Assembly (NCBI GenBank): GCA_965214835.1
Contig: CBDCCK010000002.1
Coordinates: 1,408,001-1,472,000, forward strand
Direction: 5' to 3'
DNA length: 64,000 nucleotides
Origin: Nitrosopumilaceae archaeon
Lineage (GTDB): Archaea > Thermoproteota > Nitrososphaeria > Nitrososphaerales > Nitrosopumilaceae
Below, piece after piece: positions 20,722 to 31,086 of this stretch. Under the pieces are notes generated by a model. That model was not told the origin of the DNA, ran no database searches, and worked only from the letters and a program-made list of their open reading frames with translations. Positions within the stretch are counted from its first letter, which is position 1, and each line of letters starts with the position of its first letter. A program made the translations under genes and the position numbers.

Positions 20722-22110
20722 TTGTCCCGGGTCCTGCACGACATTGAAAAAAAAATCATCAGGGAGCTGCAGGACTCGGCAGCATCAACGCCTGAAAAGC
20801 TAGGGCAAAGAACCGGGCTGTCCGCCGACCAGGTCAGGCGCGGGGTCGAGTGGCTCCGGCTCAAGGGCCTTGTTACCGTAGATGAGACAGTCGAGGTCGC
20901 CGTCTCCCTTGGAAAAAACGGCCTGGACGCGCTGGAAAACGGACTGCCCGAGCGCCGGCTGCTGGACCTGGTCAGGGGCGGGGCGCAGAAAATCGCCGAC
21001 CTGCAAGAACAGCTGGGATCCCTCTTTGGCCCCGCAATGGGGGCCGCAAAGCGCAGCGGCTGGGTTCAGGCGGCAGGCGGCGAGGTGTCCCTTGCAAGAT
21101 ATCCCGGCAGGCTGTCCACAGAGCACGTCCTTGAGCACATAGGCAGGGGCGCGGTCCGGCCGGACACGATGCCCGATCCGGGATCATACAACCTCCTCAG
21201 GGGGCGCCCCGATTATATCGTGGAGAGTATAATAAAGTCAAGGACCGTCCGGCTTGCCGATTCTGCCAGGGGCATCGATCCCGACATATCGGGCGGCATG
21301 GACGTGGAGGCCGAGGTTCCGCCCTCATTTGCCGCAAGGCGGCACCCCCTAAAGGAGACGATTGGGGAGATCCGGGAGGTCTTTGTCACGCTGGGATTCT
21401 CCGAGATAACAGGCAGCCTCTCGCAGCCCAGCTTTTGGAACTTTGATGCGCTGTTCACCCCGCAGGATCACCCCGCGCGCGAGATGCAGGACACCTTCTA
21501 TCTGGACGGGCCAAGTGCCGGGCGGGTCGCCACCGCACAGCAGGTCAGCAACGTCTCTGCATCCCACAGGAGGGGATGGCGGTACCGCTGGGACGCGGGG
21601 GAGGCAAGAAGAATGGTTCTGCGCACGCACACGACCTGCGTCACCATCCGTCACCTGGCAGAGAGCAGGCCGGAGGAGGCCCGCGTGTTCTCGCTGGGCA
21701 GGGTGTTCAGGAACGAAAAGACCAGCTACAAGCACTTGGCGGAGTTTCACCAGGTGGAGGGCGTGCTGGTCGGGGCGGGATCTACGCTCCGCGACCTGAT
21801 GGGCATTCAGAGGGAGTTTTACAGGAGGATCGGGATTACCAAGGTAAAGTTCTGGCCGACGTTTTTCCCGTATACAGAGCCCTCGCTGCAGACCATGGTA
21901 TACAATGAAAGGCTTGGCAGGTGGGTGGAGCTGTTCGGCATGGGGATCTTCAGGCCCGAGGTCACGCGGCCGCTGGGAATCACGAGGCCCGTGCTTGCAT
22001 GGGGCGGGGGCATTGAAAGGATCGCGATGCTCCGGTACGGGCTTGACGACGTCCGCGAGCTCTACAACAACGACCTTGGCTGGCTGAGGGGTGCATCACG
22101 ATGCCGGTAG
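20722..22110 (+). CDS. pheS: phenylalanine--tRNA ligase alpha subunit
   Basis: FWNFDALFTPQDHPAREMQDTF, LRTHTT, FPYTEPS; TTG start inferred. Confidence 0.97.
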   Translation: MSRVLHDIEKKIIRELQDSAASTPEKLGQRTGLSADQVRRGVEWLRLKGLVTVDETVEVAVSLGKNGLDALENGLPERRLLDLVRGGAQKIADLQEQLGSLFGPAMGAAKRSGWVQAAGGEVSLARYPGRLSTEHVLEHIGRGAVRPDTMPDPGSYNLLRGRPDYIVESIIKSRTVRLADSARGIDPDISGGMDVEAEVPPSFAARRHPLKETIGEIREVFVTLGFSEITGSLSQPSFWNFDALFTPQDHPAREMQDTFYLDGPSAGRVATAQQVSNVSASHRRGWRYRWDAGEARRMVLRTHTTCVTIRHLAESRPEEARVFSLGRVFRNEKTSYKHLAEFHQVEGVLVGAGSTLRDLMGIQREFYRRIGITKVKFWPTFFPYTEPSLQTMVYNERLGRWVELFGMGIFRPEVTRPLGITRPVLAWGGGIERIAMLRYGLDDVRELYNNDLGWLRGASRCR

Positions 22111-23738
22111 TCGGGCTGAGCCTCTCGCGGATGCAGAAGCTCCTGGGGGGCAGGGCCTCCGGGAGGGCCATCCTTGAGACGCTGCCGTTTCTGGGCCTGG
22201 ACATAGAGTCCGAGTCCGGCGACGACGTAAGGGTGGAGTACAGCCCCAACAGGCCCGACTATTCGACTGACTATGGGATATCTATGGGACTCGAGGGGCT
22301 GCTGGGCATCAGGAGGGGGGGAGTGGACCTGAGGATCCGCAAGGGCAGCTACCGGATCAGGGCGGACCCGTCCGTCTCCCGAGTGCGTCCCTGTATCACG
22401 GGAGTCTGTGCGCTGGGACGCACAGTTGACGAGGACATGATAAGGCAGCTGATCTCCATGCAGGAGGACCTGCACTCTGGGATAGGCAGGAGGCGCAAAA
22501 AGTCCTCGATAGGAATCCATGATCTTGGCGCGGTATCGTTTCCCCTGCGGTACACGACGGTGCGCCGCAGCCACGAGATGACCCCGCTCAACGAGGCCGG
22601 GCCGATGAGCATCAAGAGGATCCTTTCGGACACCCGGACGGGACAAGACTATGGCCACCTGCTGGGCAGCTCGGGATCCGTCCCCGTTATAATCGACTCG
22701 CAGGGAGGAACCGTCTCGCTTCCGCCCGTAATCAACGCGTCTGCGACTGCAGTCACGCCCGGGACCCGCGGCCTGTTCGTCGAGGTCACGGGCATGGACA
22801 GGGAGGACGTCGAGGACGCGCTGTCGGTCGTGGCCGTCACCCTGCAGAGGGCCGGATTCGGGCTATACCAGGTGAGGATATCGGGCGCCGGGAACTCGAC
22901 GCCCTCCCTTGCAGGAAGGAGGATGCTGCTTGATCCGGGGCTAGTCGGCCAGTCGCTGGGACTGCAGCTGCCGCCGCCTGCCATCATATCATCGCTCAAA
23001 AAGTCCAGGATAACTGCAGTGCGGCGGGGCAAAAGGATCCAGTGCATGATTCCGCGGTACCGATTTGACATCCTGGGGCCGATGGATATTGTAGAGGAGG
23101 TCGCCCTGGGATACGGCATTGAGAGGATCCTGCCTAGGCTCCTGCCGTCGCAGACGGTTGGCAGTGCCGGCCACACGGCAAGGCGCCTGCGGATGGTGGA
23201 TGACATGCTGACGGGACTCGGGTACACGGAGGCCCTCAACTCCAGCCTTACCAGCACGGACGCCCTGTACGGGCCGGCCAACCGCCCTCCGGAGGGCGCC
23301 ATATCGGTCCTTGACTCCAAGAGCCGGGAGCACACGATCCTCAGGGACTCGATACTGCCCGGGCTGGTGCGGAACCTGTCTGCAAACATACACCAGGCAT
23401 ACCCGCAGAGGCTCTATGAGACCGGCACGGTCTTTGCTGCCGGGAGCCCCGTCTGCGAGCGGGTCAGCCTTGCGGCGGTAGCTGCCCACGGGGATGCCAA
23501 CTATTCGGAGCTAAAGTCCGTGCTGCAGTCTGCGCTTCGTACCGGCTTTGGCATCGCCGTCGAGACCCGGGCCTCCAATGATCCGCTCTTTGAGGACGGC
23601 CGGTCCGCAGACGTGCTGGCCGCAGGCAGGAGGGTCGGAACAATAGGCCAGGTCAGCTCGGCCGCCCTTGAGCGCCTCAGGATCCGCGTCCCCGTCGTGG
23701 GCTTTGAGGTGGTCCTGACTGGATTAATATTTGATTAG
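22101..23738 (+). CDS. pheT: phenylalanine--tRNA ligase beta subunit
   Basis: PNRPD, RFDILGPMDIVEEVA; overlaps pheS. Confidence 0.95.
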   Translation: MPVVGLSLSRMQKLLGGRASGRAILETLPFLGLDIESESGDDVRVEYSPNRPDYSTDYGISMGLEGLLGIRRGGVDLRIRKGSYRIRADPSVSRVRPCITGVCALGRTVDEDMIRQLISMQEDLHSGIGRRRKKSSIGIHDLGAVSFPLRYTTVRRSHEMTPLNEAGPMSIKRILSDTRTGQDYGHLLGSSGSVPVIIDSQGGTVSLPPVINASATAVTPGTRGLFVEVTGMDREDVEDALSVVAVTLQRAGFGLYQVRISGAGNSTPSLAGRRMLLDPGLVGQSLGLQLPPPAIISSLKKSRITAVRRGKRIQCMIPRYRFDILGPMDIVEEVALGYGIERILPRLLPSQTVGSAGHTARRLRMVDDMLTGLGYTEALNSSLTSTDALYGPANRPPEGAISVLDSKSREHTILRDSILPGLVRNLSANIHQAYPQRLYETGTVFAAGSPVCERVSLAAVAAHGDANYSELKSVLQSALRTGFGIAVETRASNDPLFEDGRSADVLAAGRRVGTIGQVSSAALERLRIRVPVVGFEVVLTGLIFD

Positions 23739-24176
23739 CGGCGTGGATTCATTGCCCAAAAGAGCAGTGCACGCAGACGGATCAGGATGATGCAGATCGT
23801 ATCGATTCCGGTGATTCCTGGTTCACCCAGGCGTGCTACATCTGGGCAGCCCCGGCAAAAGAGCCGAGGGAGGATGATGGCTATGCCGATGATCCTGCGC
23901 GAGTCAGAGCCGGGGGACACTTTTTTGAGCGTATCACAGGCGAGACTGGCAGTCTTGCACCCGGCCTCCTGCTGTCGCCTCCGGCATCCATGTCACTCCT
24001 GCGCTGCCTTGCGGCGCATTTTATCTGCCGCCCCGTGGGTGCCTGCATCCGTCGCTTGATCGGTAACGCGCAAGGCATTTACCCGCCTTCAGATCTTAGG
24101 CGGAACTAATTTTCATATGATACACTGGCTGTTTTCAGAAAAACAGTTAAACGCAGAAAACCCCCAACAGTATTTC

Positions 24177-24599
24177 ATGGCAAACTACTGGCTGGCAAAG
24201 CAGGAGCCGGGCGGGCCGCGGGGATACAGCCTTGAGCAGCTCAAGGCCGACAAGAGGACCGTCTGGGACGGCGTCCACAACAACCTTGCGCTCAAGCACA
24301 TGAAAAACATGAGAAAGGGAGATCTTGCACTGTTCTACCACACCGGCACCGAGCGGCAGGCGGTAGGAATCATGGAGGTTGCAAGGAACCCGTACCCGAA
24401 CCCCGAGGAGGACAATGAGCGATTCATCGTAGTCGACGTACGGTACAGGGAGCACCTCAAGAACCCGGTAACCCTGGATCAGATGAAAAAAGAGCCCAAG
24501 TTTGCAAGCTGGGAGCTGCTGAGAATCTCCAGGCTCTCGGTCATGCCCGTACCCGTGGACATATGGAACAGGATACTGCAAATGTCCAAAGGACGATGA
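24177..24599 (+). CDS. EVE domain protein
   Basis: YWLAKQEP, WDGVHN..A, GDLALFYHTG, RLSVMPV. Confidence 0.92.
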   Translation: MANYWLAKQEPGGPRGYSLEQLKADKRTVWDGVHNNLALKHMKNMRKGDLALFYHTGTERQAVGIMEVARNPYPNPEEDNERFIVVDVRYREHLKNPVTLDQMKKEPKFASWELLRISRLSVMPVPVDIWNRILQMSKGR

Positions 24600-24643
24600 G
24601 AAAAGGCGCGTGCCCCGCCTTTGGCGGACTTGCAGGGTGACAC

Positions 24644-25354
24644 CTATGGCCTGGAATCCCCGTGAATTCTGTTATAATGCTCGATTGACCCCTGCAGCGC
24701 CTCTCTGGATACCAGGCCGCCGGACCGTATCTTTCCAAAGAGTTCGGGGTAGATGAACTCGCGCTCTGAGTACTCTAGTATCCTGTCGTACTCCCCTGCA
24801 AAGTAATGGGGTATCTCCCCGGAGCCCAGCGTCGACTTTACCGGAAAGCCGTAGGCGTGTGCAAGAACGTCGTGTTTGAGACCCTTGATCTGGTAGTCGT
24901 TGAGCGACAGGTGCAGCTGGAGCAGGTCCACGACCTCGGGCCTGTTTATTATCCTCTGGTACAACTGCTCTTCTTCTGCAATCTGGTGGTGGCGCATCCT
25001 GCTGTACAGGAAAAACAGGTCGAATCCCAGGATGTTGTGTCCGATTATCTTGAGCCTGTCCTCGGCCGATCCCCTCTGCAGATCCACCACCGTGTTGTAG
25101 AATTTCCGCAGTATCTCCTTTTCTCCGGACTCCCACTCCTTTAGCCTGAAGGTGTGCGCGTTGTTGACCCTGTACGTTATGAGAATGACCTTGCCATCAA
25201 ACGGCGTCAGCCCGCCGCGCTCGAACTTCCAGTACAGTTTGCGGTTCTCCGAATCCCTGGACAGCACTCCCGAGTCGACCTGCCGCTTTAGCTCAAAGTA
25301 CTCCTCGGAGGTAAAGCTTGGCGCCGTCTCTATATCCACGAACAGGTCCACCAT
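24644..25354 (-). CDS. RNase H-like / PolB-type 3'-5' exonuclease domain protein
   Basis: VDIET, GHNILGFD. Confidence 0.75.
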   Translation of the reverse strand: MVDLFVDIETAPSFTSEEYFELKRQVDSGVLSRDSENRKLYWKFERGGLTPFDGKVILITYRVNNAHTFRLKEWESGEKEILRKFYNTVVDLQRGSAEDRLKIIGHNILGFDLFFLYSRMRHHQIAEEEQLYQRIINRPEVVDLLQLHLSLNDYQIKGLKHDVLAHAYGFPVKSTLGSGEIPHYFAGEYDRILEYSEREFIYPELFGKIRSGGLVSREALQGSIEHYNRIHGDSRP

Positions 25355-25400
25355 GGTATTTCTATACAATACTGCTTGAATTTATGTGATTTAGGCAATA

Positions 25401-25476
25401 GACTTTATGCGTAATCGGTTCAGATCCAGGATTATTACGAACAAATTCATCTCATTCGGGCAGATTACGCAAAGTC
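25401..25476. mobile_element. MITE family B
   Basis: GACTTTATGCGTAATC...GATTACGCAAAGTC; TA flanks. Confidence 0.8.
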
Positions 25477-25670
25477 TATACATTGAAAATCCCTTTGAGG
25501 ATGATTCCTGAGTTGGGCCACATTTGTGAAGACTGATCAAATCATAGCCTGCTGCACAACCTCGATTTTAGGCACGAAAAACCGGCTGTTTTTACGCGTT
25601 CAGGCCCCGGTTGTGCAACAAGCTAAGAACCAAAGCAAGTTTATTAATAGAAACTCGTGCAACAAACCGC

Positions 25671-25784
25671 ATGGAAAGTGTCAAAAAGGACAAAGATGTC
25701 ACAGATGCAGAATACATCAGAAAGATAGCAAAACAATGCATAAAGGACAACGAGCTGATCTTCAAGGCACTGTCTAAAATATGA
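25671..25784 (+). CDS. 37-aa putative Doc antitoxin
   Basis: MESVKKDKDVTDAEYIRKIAKQCIKDNELIFKALSKI; ATGA overlap with the toxin start. Confidence 0.55.
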   Translation: MESVKKDKDVTDAEYIRKIAKQCIKDNELIFKALSKI

Positions 25785-26414
25785 CAGAATACCTCACTGT
25801 CCAGACCATACTACACTTGCACTGTGTTGTTAAGGAACATTTTCATGAGGACATATCTACTGGTAAGATTGACAGAAACAAAATCCAATCAATTATAGAC
25901 AAACCCAAGAGGGTAATTGCTGGTCAGGAAAGTATATCCAACAATATACACAAAGGCCGCGTGCATTATGGAGGCATTTTGCAGAGAGCACATATTTGCA
26001 GATGGAAACAAGCGAACTGCGGTACTTGCAATGTTTACATTCCTTACTATTAACAACCATAACATTGCACTACCGTTCAGTACGGTAAAGTATACTGTGA
26101 AGATTGCGCAACAAGTCGAACAAAGGCCGGAAGACATAGATGCGTTGATCACAGATATCAGCGAGTGGATCGAGGCGCGATCATCGACAAACATTAAAGG
26201 TCACAGAAAGAAAATGATACGATATGTGATCCTGCCGTGGATTGCATTGCTACTGCTGCAATTGTCGATGGTTGGAATTCCAATACACTACCTGATACTG
26301 CGGGATTGGTTTCAGACCAAGACACATCCAGAATACAAATACCGCCTTTGGTTTGCACTAAAGTTTATCATAGTGGTTCCTGCAAAACTAAAGCAGATTA
26401 CAAGACAACAATAA
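25781..26414 (+). pseudogene. Fic/Doc toxin with C-terminal hydrophobic segments, frameshifted near 25930
   Basis: HIFADGNKRTA; one extra A in GGAAAG splits the gene into two ORFs. Confidence 0.8.
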
Positions 26415-26503
26415 GTGGCAATTAAAAGATCTTGAATACATATGGGCATGAAATGCGCAGGAAGACGCTTTTTGATGATCAAAGACTTTCAATCACCACC
26501 ATA
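26412..26503. mobile_element. MITE family D (TA-targeting)
   Basis: TGGGCATGAA...TTTTTGATGATCAAAGACTTTCAATC shared with 28102-28173, 40590-40628, 46165-46257 and 50911-50949. Confidence 0.7.
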
Positions 26504-26756
26504 GTTCCAAGACTGATATCCATGTTGGGTGCCTACCTATCATGCTCTGGTGTCATTCCCTCGTGCTTGAAATTCTCTACCTGCTGATCAGACCGACGGG
26601 TGCTTGGCATGGGAGGCGGGGGTTTGCTCCTAGAGATCTCGGAATACCAAATCTGCGTAATAGACCAGACCGCTGCAGCACATAGGCGCGAATTCTGCCG
26701 CAAGTGGGTTTGGATGTGACTGAAAACCGGGGCGGCCGGGATAATTTTGACATATC

Positions 26757-27989
26757 GTGGCCGTTTCGATAAAAACGATCGATTTTCGGCTGTACGCACT
26801 GCCTGGATCCCGCCCACAAACACATAAAATCCGCATATCGGGAGATTCTGCATTGATTCAGCTACCCCTGCAGATAGAGTCAGGCATCGCCGCCATCTTG
26901 GCAATCGTTGCCGCAGTCATAGTCAGCGCAGTCTTTTACGGCATATCTCAAAGAAAGATATCTGCAATCAACAAGAGGCTGCAGCCGCTGAGCGGCCTGG
27001 ATCCGAAGATACAGTACGACGTATCAAGAATCGAGACTGACCTAAAGGCGGCATACGAGGATCTGACCTCACTGAAGACCAACCTGCCGCATACAAACGA
27101 GGTCACGTCCGTACAGGAGAACATGCAGAGGCTCTGCTCTGACTTTACAATTCTGAAGGAGGACATAGCCGATCAGATGAACAAGTTCAAGCTTGGGACC
27201 ACCGAGGATCTGAACAAGACAAGGGACGAGATGATAAAAAACGCGACACAGACGATTACAGAGCACGCAAGCAGCCACCTGGCACAAAACAGCGTATCCA
27301 GAGATGAGTTTGAGGATCTCAAGGAGCGAATCGAGAAGATGCTGGGCGCCGACGAGGTCACAGAGAGGATGGAGATCCTGGAATCGCTGTTTGACTCGCA
27401 GCAGATCAGGACGCTGAACTGGCAGTGCAAGCTGATTAAACTGCTAAACGGGGGGCTGGCGCCCGACGCTGAAGAGGATCTCATCATATCGGAGGGAATC
27501 CCCAAGTCCAGCTGCGACAAGTTCCTCAAAAAACTGGCAGACGGCGGCATCGTCGAGACAAAGAAGATATCCGCGTTTTACCTGGTACCCGAGTACGAGT
27601 GGATCTACAGCTATGTCGACAATCCAGACTGGTTGCAGAATAGGCTGGAGAGCACCATCAAGAAGGAGAGCCAGTACCAGGACTACATAAGGGACAACCT
27701 GCACCTGGTGGAGGACGGGCTGCTGCTAGAAAAGTCAGAGTACAACCTAGAGACGGGGCCGGTTGACTTTTTGTGCAGGGATGCAAACGGGGTGGCAGTA
27801 CTGCTGGAGCTAAAGTATCCTTCGGCTACAACCGCCGTAAAGCGGCAGATAATGGGATACAAAAACGACTATGAGCAAAAATCCGGCAGAACCGATTCCA
27901 GGTTCATCGTGGTCGCCCCGCAGGTTCCAGAGAAGCTAAAGGGGCTGCTTGCCGCAGACGGCATCGAGTACCGGGAGGTCGACTTTTAG
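26757..27989 (+). CDS. membrane-anchored coiled-coil protein with C-terminal NucS-like endonuclease domain
   Basis: TM IAAILAIVAAVIVSAVFY; C-terminal ESQYQDYI...GPVDFLCRD...LLELK...QIMGY; true start probably further downstream. Confidence 0.8.
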   Translation: MAVSIKTIDFRLYALPGSRPQTHKIRISGDSALIQLPLQIESGIAAILAIVAAVIVSAVFYGISQRKISAINKRLQPLSGLDPKIQYDVSRIETDLKAAYEDLTSLKTNLPHTNEVTSVQENMQRLCSDFTILKEDIADQMNKFKLGTTEDLNKTRDEMIKNATQTITEHASSHLAQNSVSRDEFEDLKERIEKMLGADEVTERMEILESLFDSQQIRTLNWQCKLIKLLNGGLAPDAEEDLIISEGIPKSSCDKFLKKLADGGIVETKKISAFYLVPEYEWIYSYVDNPDWLQNRLESTIKKESQYQDYIRDNLHLVEDGLLLEKSEYNLETGPVDFLCRDANGVAVLLELKYPSATTAVKRQIMGYKNDYEQKSGRTDSRFIVVAPQVPEKLKGLLAADGIEYREVDF

Positions 27990-28101
27990 TGAATCCCGCC
28001 AGAAGGTCTGCATGCCGGCATCACGGCGGCTCTGGAGTCCGGGCCGGCGTCCCCTGATCCCGTTTGGCACCCCCTGCACTGCGCCGCCCATCCGAGGGGG
28101 C

Positions 28102-28173
28102 CATGGTGACGATCAAAAACTCTGAACACATGTGGGCATGAATTATGAGGGAAGACGCTTTTTGATGATCAAA
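28102..28173. mobile_element. MITE family D
   Basis: Homologous to 46165-46257 (reverse). Confidence 0.65.
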
Positions 28174-28260
28174 TGCCTTCAATCTCCAATATATGAGACC
28201 GCGGTGTGAATGACGTGCCTGCATTTGCGGTCTCAACATGCCAGACATCCTCTCACTGCA

Positions 28261-28749
28261 TTATGCCATAGTCCATATCGCAACTATGAACATGATTGCA
28301 TGAATGGCAGCAAACAGGAGTGGAATCCATCTTTCTATATCCGTCACCTTTGTGTATGGTTTATTCCTGCTTTTTTCCGTCAGGGACCACTCTTGCCTGA
28401 AAAGTTCTGCAGGCAGGTGCCGTTCAAGCTCGTGGATCAATTGGAATTTTGCATCGTTCAGATCGCGGTGTGACTTGATGATCTTGTACCAGAGCCACGA
28501 CACTGCTACTCCTATGACAAGGACCGGGATCGTCCAGTACCACTGGCCTAGGAGCAACGGCTGAAATCCATACACAGCTACCAGTGCGGCGCTCAGTGTA
28601 AGGAGGTAGCGGCTGGCAGACACCCGCCTGGCACTGACATTATCTGCGGTCTGGACGTATGCCTTGTATTGCTCAAGGATTATGGCAGTGCAGGGATCAT
28701 CACACAGTTTCTTGTCTTGGCGGATCAGGTTCTCATGCAAGTCAGACAT
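28261..28749 (-). CDS. 3-TM membrane protein (SLATT/RipA-like putative effector)
   Basis: LEQYKAYVQTADNVSARR, two TMs, W...IKSHRDLNDAKF..I..LE..LP..LF..EW, terminal TM. Confidence 0.7.
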   Translation of the reverse strand: MSDLHENLIRQDKKLCDDPCTAIILEQYKAYVQTADNVSARRVSASRYLLTLSAALVAVYGFQPLLLGQWYWTIPVLVIGVAVSWLWYKIIKSHRDLNDAKFQLIHELERHLPAELFRQEWSLTEKSRNKPYTKVTDIERWIPLLFAAIHAIMFIVAIWTMA

Positions 28750-28752
28750 GCG

Positions 28753-28971
28753 TTATCGTGCCTCTTCAAGGTGTTCTGGGCCATTCCGTATTGATCCGAA
28801 GGTCTTGCTGGCCCATAATACTGGCGTGTATTTTTTGCAATCCCTGCAGGATCGACTCGGCAGTAAAAAGCACGACTCCTTGCAGATGAGGGAGTATGGC
28901 ATCCTTGCTCGGCCAACCAGTGACCACTTTAGCACTTTGTTATTTGCAGGGATGACAAATATGCACTCCAC
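28753..28971 (-). CDS. small Cys-rich protein
   Basis: C-x3-C...C-x2-C; 3-nt gaps to both neighbours. Confidence 0.5.
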   Translation of the reverse strand: MECIFVIPANNKVLKWSLVGRARMPYSLICKESCFLLPSRSCRDCKKYTPVLWASKTFGSIRNGPEHLEEAR

Positions 28972-28974
28972 GCA

Positions 28975-29349
28975 TCATTCCCCCAAAATATCAGCAATTT
29001 CGGCTGTGTTCCAGTAGGTGATTGTATCAAACTCATGCATGGCATTTGGGATCCGGTGCATCCTGTAGCGGTGAAGCCGTATCCCGATCACCTCTTTGTA
29101 CTGCCGGTGGGCCTCATGGATCTCCCAGCTGACGGCCTTGCTTCTGCATGTGTTTCTTCCGATTGCCACGATTACCGCACTGGACATGTATATCAGATCG
29201 CTGACTTTACTCTTCCATCCATACTCAAACGGCTCTTTAACAGAATAGTCTCTAAACCAAAATGGAAACCGCTCATCTTTTGCCTGCATTCTAAGCAGGT
29301 TTACCATGTGTTTGTCAACTGCATCAAAACTGATGAAAACGTTCCTCAT
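28975..29349 (-). CDS. TIR domain protein (ThsB/DUF1863-like)
   Basis: VFISF, DYSVKEP, VIVAIG..T..S.AVSWEI (catalytic Glu); alternative start at 29439. Confidence 0.85.
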   Translation of the reverse strand: MRNVFISFDAVDKHMVNLLRMQAKDERFPFWFRDYSVKEPFEYGWKSKVSDLIYMSSAVIVAIGRNTCRSKAVSWEIHEAHRQYKEVIGIRLHRYRMHRIPNAMHEFDTITYWNTAEIADILGE

Positions 29350-29465
29350 GTTTTTCCGGATGTCTTTACGTCCTATCCGTTTTTGAATGTTTGTGGCAAG
29401 ACTGAAGGCAGTATTGGGACAGTCCAAAGACGTAGCCACAGTTTCACATGGTGCAGATGCAGATC

Positions 29466-29971
29466 TCAGGCCTCCAGCTTGCGAATGACCTTTTTGAATT
29501 CCGCAAACAGCTCATCCAGGGTCGGGGTAAAGTAGACTCCGTCAAGGCCGTTTTTGTGGCCTATCATCTTTTCTGCGATGTTATAGTTTACCAAGTTGTC
29601 CATCTTGAGTACGGCGTTGAACCTCTTTCTGAATCCGTGGGCTATCTGCACGTCATAGCGGCCGTCGCACTTCTTGATATTCCGCTTTTTGATACCGCCC
29701 TGTATATGGCGGTTCTGGCACCATTCCATCTCGCTGGGATGTGGTGCTTCTTGCTGCAAAGACCGGCGTGTCCACTTTGAATGTCTCCCCGTGCTCCTTG
29801 CAATGGTTGTGGTATTTCTCTAGCACTCTTGATGCCTGCGGCGTGAGAAAGGCCCAATACTCTTCCAGATGGCCCGCATAGATCCTGACTGCGTTGCATT
29901 TGCACGGCATTCTCCAGGATTGACGCAGGGAACTGCTTCGTGATAGTCACATCAAATTGGAGCTTGCTCAC
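29466..29971 (-). pseudogene. tyrosine integrase C-terminal remnant (frameshifted)
   Basis: IYAG..EEYWAFLTPQA; HGFRKRF...EKMIGH...GVY. Confidence 0.8.
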
Positions 29972-30013
29972 AAGGTTACGCTGGTCAAAAACTACAGATT
30001 CTGCCCGCCAATA

Positions 30014-30942
30014 TCATGCAGACGTCTTGGAGTATCCAGAAATGTATGCCTGTCCGTTCTGGTTTTCTATTATTTTGATGGCAGGTGTGTTCATAATTGT
30101 CAGTGCTGAGGCGTGGTGTATTGAGAGAATGATGTCTTGCAGATCATGATCTTTTTCCATCTCTACTATCTTCAATCCAGTACTTTGGCATACTGGCATG
30201 GGTATGTGTCTTGAATGTGACTTGGTCATGTTTTGATCCGTTAAAAGGCGTATGATGTCATTAATTTTTTGCTGGACTAGTTCATGGCCGAGTTTTAAAT
30301 CATCTTTGAACATGGAACCGGACAGGTAGTCTAATGCAAGCTCCTTGGACCAAGATATTGCCTTCTTGCAGTTTTCAACTAGTGATGGTGGATAACGTGA
30401 TATGATCGGCCCCACACGTTGATCTTGCTCCTATCATTTTTCATCTCCTTGCTTGCATGATAAAATTCTGACACGATCCCAGATGCGGCCAGACCGTTTA
30501 TCTGCGGATCGATAGGCCCCAGGCTGGATTGCTTTCCCATCAATATTTCCTTGCACGCACAAGCTATAATCGTCCCGCCGGACATGGCAAGTTGTGGGAT
30601 AACCGCCCTCATGTCTCCGTGAAGTTTCTGATTAAGATAGTCTATGAGAGATTCCGTAGCTGCTATATCTCCCCCGGGGGTATGCAGTATTATGTCAAGA
30701 CCTTTGGAGACATCCAGTCCTCGCATCACACTCATGAACCCATTTTTGTCATTGTCGTTAATCGACATCAATGCGGCAATGCTCCTGACAGGCTTTTGTA
30801 GCCATCCAGAGTAGTACAGTATCGTGTTTCGGCCTGTCTTTTCGGACATTTTCGTAAGATATCTCCTTCTCACTGTATCATATTTGGTGTCTGGAGCTCT
30901 TTCCTCCAGTACCTCCTTTTGAATCTCGCTAAAACTGGGCAT
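30014..30942 (-). pseudogene. SDH-family Clp-fold serine protease, frameshifted near 30410
   Basis: LDIILHTPGG, PQLAMSGGT, SSLGPIDPQ, KSHSRHI; one G missing in TGGGG. Confidence 0.85.
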
Positions 30943-30950
30943 CGTGTTTT

Positions 30951-31079
30951 CTAGGAATGAGAGCTTAGGCTCAGGCCATCTAAATCCAAATCATCATCGT
31001 CATCATCATAATAATACTTGGAATTCCTGTAGTACCTTTCAGGCTTGTACTGAATTTCAAAGTCTACGTCTTCTGTCAT
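30951..31079 (-). CDS. 42-aa acidic Tyr/Asp-rich peptide (not in ORF track)
   Basis: MTEDVDFEIQYKPERYYRNSKYYYDDDDDDLDLDGLSLSSHS; 7-8 nt gaps to flanking ORFs. Confidence 0.5.
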   Translation of the reverse strand: MTEDVDFEIQYKPERYYRNSKYYYDDDDDDLDLDGLSLSSHS

Positions 31080-31086
31080 GTTAACT

